A DNA stretch of 32,000 nt from Bacillota bacterium (GTDB lineage: Bacteria; Bacillota; DTU025; MWDF01). The stretch lies in NCBI GenBank assembly GCA_017994615.1, contig JAGOKM010000006.1, positions 1 through 32,000 of the forward strand, written 5' to 3'. Every line of letters begins with the position of its first letter. The first letter of the stretch is position 1. The position numbers and the translations under genes are program-made. The notes below the pieces were generated by a model that saw only the letters and a list, made by a program, of their open reading frames with translations, made no database searches and had not been told where the DNA came from. Below are positions 7,481 through 15,259 of the stretch, in pieces.

Positions 7481-8200
7481 TTACAGGTCGAACTCCTCGC
7501 CCAGATAGAACCTCCTGGCCAGCGGGTCCGCAGCCAGCTGCTCAGGTGAGCCCGATACGAGTATTTTCCCTGAATACATTATATACCCTCTGTCGGTTAT
7601 CGCCATCGTGTCGCGGACGTTGTGGTCGGTTATCAGCACTCCCAGGCCCGCGGCCTTCAGCTTCCTCACTATGCCCTGTATCTCCAGCACTGCCAGGGGG
7701 TCGACACCGGTGAAAGGCTCGTCTAAAAGCAGGTAAGACGGAGACGTGGCAACGGCCCTGGCTATCTCTACCCTCCTGCGCTCGCCGCCTGAGAGCGTAT
7801 ATCCCATCTGCCTTGCGACTTTTCCCAGGTTGAACGACTGCATAAGGTTGTCGGCCCTCTCCTTGATGCTCTGCCTCGGCAGCTTCATGGTCTCCAGGAT
7901 GGCGAGGATGTTCGCCTCGACGCTCATGCGCCTGAATATTGACGGCTCCTGGGCGAGGTAACCTATGCCCAGCTGGGCTCTCATGTGCACCGGCATATTT
8001 GTCGCATCCCTGCCGTCCACCTCGATCCTGCCGGAATCCGGCGGCTCCAGCCCCAGGAGCATATAGAAGGTTGTGGTCTTGCCTGCCCCGTTCGGGCCGA
8101 ACAGGCCGACTACCTCCCCCTTTTCCAGCTTGAAATCCACGCCGTCCACCACCTTGCGGCCTGAGAACGACTTGGTCAGACCGGATGCCGAGATGCCCAT
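7481..8200 (-). CDS. lptB: LPS export ABC transporter ATP-binding protein LptB
   Basis: 239 aa. Walker A GPNGAGKTT, LSGGERRRVEIARA signature, Walker B LLLDEPF. The LptB-typical N-terminus ...VVDGVDFKLEKGEVVGLFGPNGAGKTTTFYM... is present. It follows lptC/lptA-like genes as in the E. coli lptCAB order. GGAGGT ribosome-binding site. Confidence 0.9.
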   Translation of the reverse strand: MGISASGLTKSFSGRKVVDGVDFKLEKGEVVGLFGPNGAGKTTTFYMLLGLEPPDSGRIEVDGRDATNMPVHMRAQLGIGYLAQEPSIFRRMSVEANILAILETMKLPRQSIKERADNLMQSFNLGKVARQMGYTLSGGERRRVEIARAVATSPSYLLLDEPFTGVDPLAVLEIQGIVRKLKAAGLGVLITDHNVRDTMAITDRGYIMYSGKILVSGSPEQLAADPLARRFYLGEEFDL

Positions 8201-8220
8201 CGCCTACCTCCGCATGGTTC

Positions 8221-8883
8221 CTATACAGTGAAGTTGATCTCTATCTTCTCGCCTTCTGCCTCGAAGGTCTCCTTGTCGGTGTAGATAATCGCGCTGTCAG
8301 ACTTCACAGTGTCTCCGTCCACTGTGGTGATTACTACGCCCTTCGTCAAGGTCATCTTGCTCTCCGCATCGATGTACCTGGCTTCTGCGGCCTGAGCTTT
8401 CTGCTTGTCCTTCGTAATTGTGACGCCACCGGTCGCCGTGAAGTCGTTGGTGTTGATGTCTATCTCCATCCTCTGCGTAAGCAGTACGATGACGTCTTTG
8501 AGGGGTTTGCCTGCCGCGTCCTTTTCGGCCAGCTCCTCTGTCAGCTCTAGCTTCACATTGCCTGTGACGGTCATCTTCTCCGTCTTGAAGTCGGCGGTCA
8601 TCACGTTTGCCGTGATTACGATGTCGTCCTGGACGATCCTGACCCCTGTGTCTATCTTCGCAATCTTGGTGTCGCTGTTGAAAAGGAGCTTCTCCGCATA
8701 GATGAACGTGGTCCCGTATTCGATCTTGACGTTGCCCTCGACCATGGCGTCGCCCTTCTGGCCCTGGTAGTTCAGCTTCTTGGTCGCGGTTATGATGACC
8801 TGTTTGGCCGCCAGAGCCCCTGACGCGACAACAAGCACTAGTATAGCTGCCAATATCATTGTCCCGGTCTTCGTCCTATACAT
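8221..8883 (-). CDS. lptA: Periplasmic OstA/LptA-like protein
   Basis: 220 aa. Cleavable signal peptide ...VVASGALA/AKQ. The rest is all-beta repetitive sequence with GNV motifs (MVEGNVKIEY, VTGNVKLEL) of the OstA jellyroll type. It sits between the lptC-like gene and lptB. Confidence 0.6.
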   Translation of the reverse strand: MYRTKTGTMILAAILVLVVASGALAAKQVIITATKKLNYQGQKGDAMVEGNVKIEYGTTFIYAEKLLFNSDTKIAKIDTGVRIVQDDIVITANVMTADFKTEKMTVTGNVKLELTEELAEKDAAGKPLKDVIVLLTQRMEIDINTNDFTATGGVTITKDKQKAQAAEARYIDAESKMTLTKGVVITTVDGDTVKSDSAIIYTDKETFEAEGEKIEINFTV

Positions 8884-8897
8884 TTCACTGCCCCTTT

Positions 8898-9545
8898 CTA
8901 GAGGTCGATGACAATCCTCAAGGGTCCGATGATCTCCATCTCGCGCCTTGTTACCGAATACCTCATGTTCCCTGCCGTTATGCTGACATTGTCGCCCTGC
9001 TTTGCTATGATGTCCGCCGTCGTATATATGTATTCGTCGTTAAGGTCCACGACCAGGTCCTTCGCCTTGACGGTGCCGCCGTCGGCAGTCACTTCCGCAT
9101 AGCCGGGGATGTGCACCTTCTGGGTGGCAGGGTCCCATGACATGGATTCTGTGGTCATGAGAGTTTTCCCTTCGGATGAGACGACCACCCCTTCGGTAAA
9201 CTGCATGCGGTTCCTTCCGTCCACGCTGGCCCTGCCTGCCTTGAAACCTAGGTAGGGGCCCTGCTGCCTGTAGATTACCCCTTTTGTGATATTGTTCAGC
9301 ACGGCGTTCCTTCCGAACCTCGGAAGCTCCATGCTTTCGACCTCCATCTCCCAGACCTTCTCGCCGTCGGCCCAGCTGGACATCGAAAGGCCCTTGATGA
9401 GGACCTCGGGCATCCCTTCCTGCCCGGGCGGCGCTTCTGTGGCCTGCAGGGGGTCTGTCGATTCCCTCACGAAGCCGTAGTAATACATGGCCGCAAACGC
9501 TACGGCCAGAACTGCGAATGCCGCGATGCCCGCCTTAAGGTTCAA
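8898..9545 (-). CDS. lptC: LptC-like, single-pass membrane-anchored periplasmic protein
   Basis: 215 aa. An uncleaved N-terminal TM helix (AGIAAFAVLAVAFAAMYYYGFV) is followed by a beta-rich domain. It lies immediately upstream of the lptA-like gene. The TTG start is the first possible start after an in-frame TGA, with AGGAGG 11 nt upstream. The call rests mostly on architecture and position. Confidence 0.5.
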   Translation of the reverse strand: MNLKAGIAAFAVLAVAFAAMYYYGFVRESTDPLQATEAPPGQEGMPEVLIKGLSMSSWADGEKVWEMEVESMELPRFGRNAVLNNITKGVIYRQQGPYLGFKAGRASVDGRNRMQFTEGVVVSSEGKTLMTTESMSWDPATQKVHIPGYAEVTADGGTVKAKDLVVDLNDEYIYTTADIIAKQGDNVSITAGNMRYSVTRREMEIIGPLRIVIDL

Positions 9546-9569
9546 GGTTCACCTTGCCTCCTGCCTGCG

Positions 9570-12500
9570 TCAGTTGAACAGCGTCCAGTCCCCGGTGCCT
9601 ATGCCGAGAGGGACATCGGGGAAAGCCTTGATCTTGAGGTTTACGAAGAACCTCTGCTCCACTGCCTGGTATCCTGCCGTTATCTCCCTGCAGTGCAAGT
9701 CCTTGGTTATGGCGAAGTCCGCCTTCCTAAGCCCTTCCCGCGCAACGTCGTAGATGAGCGCCCATACCAGGCGCCATTCCTCAAGGAACTTGAGGTCCCC
9801 GCTGGTCTCCACCTTGCTTATCTTCCCTGTCGACCCGTTGTATTCGGCCCCGAACTTCAATGCCACCTCCGGCACAGGCTTCAGGGTAAGGCGCGCGGTG
9901 AGAGTCGACAGTCTGAACAACGGAAGCGAGAACCTGGTCGTCACATCGGCCTGGTACTTGTCCTCATACTTGTAACCTACCGAAGCTGCGAAGCTGTCGT
10001 ACGTGGACTTCAGGAAATCATAGCCTGTGGAAGCGGCCAGCGTCACTCCGTAGAAAGTGGCTGAAGTCGAGCCTGTTATCTTGTTCCTGTCTCCGGCGCT
10101 GTCGAACCTGAAAGGCGTGCTCCCAAACCCTTTCGCATAGTCGTAGGACAGCTTTATGTCCCAGCCCTTCACGGGTTTGACTGTCAACGATGTGGAAACT
10201 CCCAGCCTGGTCCTGGCGTTTCCCGTTGTGTACAGGCTGCCAAGGAATGACCCGGACAGGTCGAAGAATCCATATCCCCAGAGGTTCATCCGGTCCAGGG
10301 ACAGCGAGATGTCGGCCTCGCCCTTGCCTGCGTCAAGGAACTCTACCGGATCGGTGTTCAATATCCTTTCGACGTACCTGCCGGCCGTCACCTTGACAGC
10401 GATCCCTGCAGGCAGCGAGCCCAGTTGCGTCCTGAACATCTCCATCTGCAGCTCCGGAAGCCTTTTCAGCGATGAGAGCACCACAGTCTGCTTCTCGTCC
10501 ATCGTCTCGGCGGACTGCAGGTTCAAGGTCAGCCTCCCCGACTTCTGCGAATGGACGAGGCTTGCCTTGTAGTTGATGCTCTCCATGCTCTTCGCCCCGT
10601 CTATCCCGGTCAGGCGGTAGCTGACATTGCCGCTCAGCTTAAGGCCCTCTGCCAGGTCGGAGCTGTGGTTCGCCGAGATGCTCAGCGTGGATGTGTCCTG
10701 CGCCGCATCCCTGAACCTGTACGAAAACTGCGCCGAAGTCCTGTCCTTGGCAGCGCTCCTGTCGAGCTTCAGCTCAGCGTATTGCTCGTCTGTGAGAATC
10801 CCGGCGCCGTCGGAGGACCCCTTGATGGAATACTTGACCGATGCGGTTATGCCCAAGGGTAGCCTGACGGCCTGGGAGATCTCGGCGTTCCAGCTTGCTG
10901 CAGTGGAAGTCAGGCTCTTGAGACCATAAAGGCTGTAGTATCCGTCGCCTTTCCCCTCTATCGTGTAATCATGCCGCAATCCGGCGCCTATGCCGCTTAT
11001 CTGGAAGAAGTCGAGCCTGATCGTAAGCTTGCCGGCGTCATCCAGAGGCCTTCTGAAGGTGTTCTTCACGTAAACGCCGTCGGCGCTGCTCCAGCCGAAT
11101 TCGGGGAGCGTGATCCTCTCCTGCTCCTTCAGGGGTATGGTGAGCACGGGCAGCTTCAGCAGCCTCATGTTCGCCTCGAAATAGGACACGTTCCTGGCGA
11201 TGATGTAGTCGCCCTCCACGAACTCTATGCTCTCAGCCTCTATCCGGTAGTGGGGCTGAGGTAGTTCGCAGGTCGTGAGATACCCTTCACCCAGCTTGTA
11301 CGACCCGTCCTTCTGGGTGAACTCCGCGCCGTTGAGGTATATGTATCCTTTGACCCTGTCGTCGCTGATCCTGCCCTCGAAGTTCTCGAAAGAGACCTCT
11401 CCTGTCCTTATGTCGACGTACGCCTTTTCGGAGGATACGACGCTGTCCCCCGTCTCTACGGTGACTATCCCTTTGAGCTCGGCCATGCCTGTCGTGACAT
11501 CTATCTGCGCGCTCCCTGCCTTGATGAGATAGCCCTCGAAGGAGATGACGACGTCTCCCTCCGCCCTCCAGACGTCCCCTCCGTCGTAGTAAATCCTTCT
11601 GGCGCTGACTTTGACGTTGGTCCCTGCGGCGGACGCCCCCCATGGGGCTGAAAGGACAAGCGCCGCTGCGAGCAACAACGCCAAGGCCGGCAGCCTCGGC
11701 TTGAACCTGGGCTTACGGCCCATCCTCCTTGAATCAGCCCTTATCAACAGGATTACGGCTGCGAGGGCGAACGCGATGTCCGCCGACCAGGCCGCCAGCC
11801 AGGGCTGGATCCTGGTCGCCTGCAGCATTCCGTAGGACCTGACCACCGATTCGAACACGAAGTACAGCGTCACTATTACAAGCCCGGCTCCTATGCTGTA
11901 GACGGCTCCACCTCTTCTCGGACTCCTCAGCGCAAGTGGCACGGCAAGCACCGCGAAGATGAGCGATGAAAGCGGCTGTGCGAGCTTGAGGTAATAGTCT
12001 ATCATCAGGTTCTTGGCCTTGATACCGCTCTTTGTGAATAGGGCTATGCTCTCCCTGAGGTCCTTCATGGACATCTCGGACGTAGTCCTCCCCGAGTTCG
12101 TATACTCGGTGACGGCCCTTTCCATCCTGATTTCCAGCACGTCGAAGTGCGCCGTCGATACGACCCTTCCGTCCTGGCCGCATTCGTGGATGTTGCCGTT
12201 CTCGAAGGCCCAGACGCCGGAATCGGCCTTGCCCTTGGCTGCGGTGATCAGCTGGGGATACCTTCCGTAGCCTATGTCGTATATCATCACGTCCTGGACC
12301 GTGGCCCGGTCATCGCTTATCCGGCCGATGTAGAAGAACTTATTGTCCGGCCCCCTGAAGAAGACGTTGTTTTCTATGCTTGGGATGCTGTCGCCCAGGA
12401 TCATCCTGTTGACGATGTTCCTGGATTCGAGGTTGGCCTTCGGCGCCACCTGGTCTCCCATGTAGAAGCCGAAGAGGCTGATTGCCGCCGAAAGGATTAT

Positions 12501-12809
12501 AAGGGGAAGGGCGATCCTCGACAACCTGAGGCCCGCCGCCCTCATGATCGAAAGCTCGCTGTCCTTGGATAACCTGCCCAGGCTGAGCAGTACGCCGAAG
12601 AGGGTGGCAAAGGGAAGCACCTGAACGATTGCCGCAGGCATGTTGTAGATGACGAGCTTCATGACAGTCCCGATGGGCGTTCGCTTGACCACGACCATCT
12701 CTGCCAGCCAGTATAGCTGGACGCTGAGGGATATGACTATGAACGCGGTTATCGCCGCCAGGAAGGGGCCGAGGAACTCCCGCGTTACATAACGGTCAAG
12801 CTTCCTCAT
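9570..12809 (-). CDS. In-frame fusion of an LptF/LptG-family permease (res 1-~358) to LptD (res ~395-1079)
   Basis: 1079 aa with no internal stop. The N-terminal MRKLDRYVTREFLGPFLAAITAF... and a 3 TM + periplasmic insert + 3 TM layout indicate the YjgP/YjgQ family. The joint reads RRMGRKPRFKPRLPALALLLAAALVLSAPWGASA/AG, which is signal-peptide-like. An OstA-like segment follows, then the LptD hallmark YLTTCELPQPHYRIEAESIEF...LLKLPVLTIPL, then a long beta-barrel-like region. Confidence 0.8.
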   Translation of the reverse strand: MRKLDRYVTREFLGPFLAAITAFIVISLSVQLYWLAEMVVVKRTPIGTVMKLVIYNMPAAIVQVLPFATLFGVLLSLGRLSKDSELSIMRAAGLRLSRIALPLIILSAAISLFGFYMGDQVAPKANLESRNIVNRMILGDSIPSIENNVFFRGPDNKFFYIGRISDDRATVQDVMIYDIGYGRYPQLITAAKGKADSGVWAFENGNIHECGQDGRVVSTAHFDVLEIRMERAVTEYTNSGRTTSEMSMKDLRESIALFTKSGIKAKNLMIDYYLKLAQPLSSLIFAVLAVPLALRSPRRGGAVYSIGAGLVIVTLYFVFESVVRSYGMLQATRIQPWLAAWSADIAFALAAVILLIRADSRRMGRKPRFKPRLPALALLLAAALVLSAPWGASAAGTNVKVSARRIYYDGGDVWRAEGDVVISFEGYLIKAGSAQIDVTTGMAELKGIVTVETGDSVVSSEKAYVDIRTGEVSFENFEGRISDDRVKGYIYLNGAEFTQKDGSYKLGEGYLTTCELPQPHYRIEAESIEFVEGDYIIARNVSYFEANMRLLKLPVLTIPLKEQERITLPEFGWSSADGVYVKNTFRRPLDDAGKLTIRLDFFQISGIGAGLRHDYTIEGKGDGYYSLYGLKSLTSTAASWNAEISQAVRLPLGITASVKYSIKGSSDGAGILTDEQYAELKLDRSAAKDRTSAQFSYRFRDAAQDTSTLSISANHSSDLAEGLKLSGNVSYRLTGIDGAKSMESINYKASLVHSQKSGRLTLNLQSAETMDEKQTVVLSSLKRLPELQMEMFRTQLGSLPAGIAVKVTAGRYVERILNTDPVEFLDAGKGEADISLSLDRMNLWGYGFFDLSGSFLGSLYTTGNARTRLGVSTSLTVKPVKGWDIKLSYDYAKGFGSTPFRFDSAGDRNKITGSTSATFYGVTLAASTGYDFLKSTYDSFAASVGYKYEDKYQADVTTRFSLPLFRLSTLTARLTLKPVPEVALKFGAEYNGSTGKISKVETSGDLKFLEEWRLVWALIYDVAREGLRKADFAITKDLHCREITAGYQAVEQRFFVNLKIKAFPDVPLGIGTGDWTLFN

Positions 12810-12837
12810 GGCTGAACTGCCTTTCGATTATGTGAAT

Positions 12838-12865
12838 AGAGGGGCGCAGTCAATTGCGCCCCTCT
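12838..12865 (-). other. GC-rich hairpin between skp and the lptF/G-lptD gene (weak terminator, attenuator or RNA-stability element)
   Basis: Perfect 11-bp stem: agaggggcgca (12838-12848) pairs with tgcgcccctct (12855-12865), with a 6-nt loop. On the minus strand it is followed by ATTCACATAAT, which is only a weak U-tract. Confidence 0.35.
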
Positions 12866-12885
12866 TCAAAGGAAACTGCAGCCTG

Positions 12886-13344
12886 CTACTTCGTTGCACC
12901 CTTGGCGAGGACGGCTGCGGTCATGTCCATTCCGCCTTCGATGACTATCGAGCTGTTGAGTATCACAGTGACGCCCATTTCCTTTGCGACTGCCTTGACT
13001 GCCTCTTCCAGCTTTGCGTATGCCGGATCGAGAGTCTTCTTTGCATAGTCGTTGTAGCTGGCGTTGTACTGCTCTACGAGCTTGTTCTTGGTGTCAGCGT
13101 CCTGGCCCTCCGCCTTCTTGTTCAACTCCGTCTCAAGGGCCGCCTTCTTGCTGGCGACCGCCGCCCATGCCGTCTTCAGGGCCGGGAACTCCGAGTTGAG
13201 CTTGTCGGTATCGATATGGCCGATGACTGCATATTCCGGGGCCGCGCCTGCCTTTCCGGTGGTTACGTTGCTGATCGTGGCGGCTATGGCGACCAGGGCA
13301 ATGGCCATGACAATCGCCGTGGTGTTCCTGAAAAGGTTCTTCAT
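12886..13344 (-). CDS. skp: OmpH/Skp-family periplasmic chaperone
   Basis: 152 aa. Signal peptide, then a helical K/E/A-rich body. The family-typical start ...IGHIDTDKLNSEFPALKTAWAAVASKKAALETELNKK and the C-terminal ...AVKAVAKEMGVTVILNSS are present. It lies directly downstream of bamA, the classical bamA-skp order. Confidence 0.7.
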   Translation of the reverse strand: MKNLFRNTTAIVMAIALVAIAATISNVTTGKAGAAPEYAVIGHIDTDKLNSEFPALKTAWAAVASKKAALETELNKKAEGQDADTKNKLVEQYNASYNDYAKKTLDPAYAKLEEAVKAVAKEMGVTVILNSSIVIEGGMDMTAAVLAKGATK

Positions 13345-13391
13345 TCGGGTTTGACCTGCCTCTCATTAGTTAATTTCATACAACAAATTTT

Positions 13392-13420
13392 ATTATAGAA
13401 CTTAGGGCCCCTATTGTCAT
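13392..13420 (-). promoter_or_regulatory. Candidate sigma70-type promoter upstream of skp (ATGACA-N17-TATAAT)
   Basis: On the minus strand: -35 ATGACA (13420-13415), an exact 17-nt spacer, then a perfect -10 TATAAT (13397-13392). It lies in the AT-rich 83-bp gap after the bamA stop. Confidence 0.4.
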
Positions 13421-13427
13421 TCACATA

Positions 13428-15134
13428 TTAGAACGTATGCCCGAAGCCGAAATACACCCGGCCCTCTCCGTTGGACACTCCGTAGTCCAGCCTCACCATC
13501 CCGAGTATCGGTATGTTCACCCTCGCGCCTATGCCCACACCGTACTTCAGGTTGTCCCATGTGAACTTATCGCCCTTGCTCCAGGTCTCCCCGAGGTCGA
13601 AGAACACGACGCCTCCGATCACGTCCTCATAGATCCTGAACCTGTACTCCGCGTTGGCGAACGCAATGTAGTCTCCGCTTAAAGGCACTTTGAGCCCCCT
13701 TAGGTTGGTGCCGCCTCCGAGAAGGAAGGCCGCATGCTCTGGAAGCGCAGGGAAACCGCCGCCGATGCCTATCCTGCCCGCTATTACGTGCCCGTCCTTG
13801 AACTCATAGTACCCGGTGGTCTGCGCATAGAGCTTCGTGAAGTTGTCGTCGCCCCCGAGTATCCCGCCTGCGAACTCGGTCGACGCGAATACTGTGTAAC
13901 CTTTGGTGGGGCTTATGAAATCGTCCCTCGTGTCGCGCGTCAACGACAGGGTAAAGCTCCTGGTGGAGGAGTCCTGTGGAACCGCAGGGTCGGGCACTTC
14001 GGTGTCGTTGCTTATGAAATCGAGCCTGAAGGATGCGTTGGCCTTAGTGTACAGGTCGAAATAGTAGCCGATCCATGCGTTGCCGCCGGTGCGGTACTGC
14101 TTGTATGTCAGGTCGCCCTCAGGGCCTTCAGGGTCATACTCGATGGTCTTGTTGGCCATCCTCCGGTATATGTCCAGGCCGGCTTCCAGCTTGTCGGTGA
14201 AAAGGTAGGGCGTAGATACGCTGAACTCCCCCGTGACGAGCTTCTCCTTGCCGCCTGCCTCGAGCCTTCCTGACACTTTTATACCGTAGCCGAATATGTT
14301 CTTGTCGGAGATCTCGACGTAGCCTATGAGGCCTTCGGACGAGTTATATGTGGCCCCCACGTTGAATAGGCCTGTCTGGCTCTCCTTCACCACGAATACG
14401 ACGTCGGCGTATGGCCCCTCTTCCACGGGTTTGAGCTCCACTCCGACCTCGTCGAATATGCCTGTGTTGTAGATCCTCCTGCTGTCGTCCGAGATGACGC
14501 CCATGTTTATGAACTCGCCCTCTGTGAGCCTGATGTTCCTCCTTATGATCTCTTCCTTCGTCTTTGAGTTCCCTGAGATCACTACAGAGCCGACCTTCCA
14601 CTCCAAGACTTTGACGACGACGGAGCCGTCCATGCTGATCTCCGGCTCAAGGCTCGCTATGTATCCCTTTTCCTTATACAGCCCTACTATCCCGTCGAGG
14701 TCAGCCCTCAATGTGTTTGCATTGATCATCTTTCCGACCACGGATTTCATCCTTGAGAGAAGTTCGTCCGTGCTCATAAGGGTGTTGCCGGTAACCTCTA
14801 TGCTTTTCAGGTCGGGGAACTCGAGCACCGTTATGATGAGCTTTATCCCGCCCAGGAATACCTGGGAGCGGGCCCCCAGGTCCGCGAAGTGCCCGCTTGC
14901 CTGAAGAGCGGCGAACGCCTTGTCGAGGTCCTGCTGGGTCAGTTCCATACCGATGGTCAGCGGCACGAGGCCCTTTATGTAGGCTGAATCCAGCTTCTTG
15001 TTCCCCTCTATCTCTATGCCGGCAAGCCTGCCGTAAGACTGCTCAGCTGCAGCAGCCGGCAGGGCCAGCGCCAGTGCCAGTGCCAATCCTAGTGTCAGCA
15101 GGGCCAACGTCCTGCCCTTGCGGCTTTTAAACAT
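13428..15134 (-). CDS. bamA: Outer-membrane protein assembly factor BamA (Omp85 family) with three POTRA repeats
   Basis: I place the start at the internal ATG 15134, which has AGGAGG 8 nt upstream and gives the signal peptide MFKSRKGRTLALLTLGLALALALALPAAAAEQ. Three POTRA-like units begin IEIEGN, IEVTGN and VVISGN. The barrel begins ...QTGLFNVGATYNS and ends ...RVYFGFGHTF. Confidence 0.85.
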   Translation of the reverse strand: MFKSRKGRTLALLTLGLALALALALPAAAAEQSYGRLAGIEIEGNKKLDSAYIKGLVPLTIGMELTQQDLDKAFAALQASGHFADLGARSQVFLGGIKLIITVLEFPDLKSIEVTGNTLMSTDELLSRMKSVVGKMINANTLRADLDGIVGLYKEKGYIASLEPEISMDGSVVVKVLEWKVGSVVISGNSKTKEEIIRRNIRLTEGEFINMGVISDDSRRIYNTGIFDEVGVELKPVEEGPYADVVFVVKESQTGLFNVGATYNSSEGLIGYVEISDKNIFGYGIKVSGRLEAGGKEKLVTGEFSVSTPYLFTDKLEAGLDIYRRMANKTIEYDPEGPEGDLTYKQYRTGGNAWIGYYFDLYTKANASFRLDFISNDTEVPDPAVPQDSSTRSFTLSLTRDTRDDFISPTKGYTVFASTEFAGGILGGDDNFTKLYAQTTGYYEFKDGHVIAGRIGIGGGFPALPEHAAFLLGGGTNLRGLKVPLSGDYIAFANAEYRFRIYEDVIGGVVFFDLGETWSKGDKFTWDNLKYGVGIGARVNIPILGMVRLDYGVSNGEGRVYFGFGHTF

Positions 15135-15213
15135 CGAAGTACCTCCTGATGGTCGAGCTTCGTGGGGTGTACGCCCCTGTCTGCGCCAGAATGTCCGCAC
15201 TGCTGTTATTATC

Positions 15214-15241
15214 TAACGCACTGCCCGCAGAACACGTTCCC
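15214..15241 (-). promoter_or_regulatory. Candidate ECF-sigma-type promoter in the bamA leader (GGGAAC-N17-CGTTA)
   Basis: On the minus strand: GGGAAC (15241-15236), a 17-nt spacer, then CGTTA (15218-15214). This resembles the generic ECF GAAC-N16/17-CGT pattern. It is a pattern match only. Confidence 0.2.
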
Positions 15242-15259
15242 GCGCCTACTTTATATATT

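Noticed and set aside
11287-11643. Alternative-frame minus-strand ORFs rich in Arg/Gly. This one is the example; others are at 2187-2534, 11734-12183, 14344-14601, 20448-20822, 24263-24856 and 31073-31564
   Set aside because: They are embedded out of frame in longer, motif-supported genes on the same strand. Their composition (RRGRG-type) is the usual off-frame read of GC-rich coding sequence.
11621-11741. Annotating lptF/G and lptD as two separate genes, or invoking stop-codon readthrough or recoding. The same was considered for rpiB/upp at about 21520
   Set aside because: There is no stop codon in frame between the domains in either case, so no recoding is needed and a two-gene model is not supported by the sequence as given. 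Internal initiation remains possible and is discussed in the findings.
15135-15200. 22-codon N-terminal extension of bamA given by the ORF track (MRTFWRRQGRTPHEARPSGGTS)
   Set aside because: The internal ATG at 15134 has AGGAGG 8 nt upstream and begins a proper signal peptide. The extension is hydrophilic and has no ribosome-binding site.
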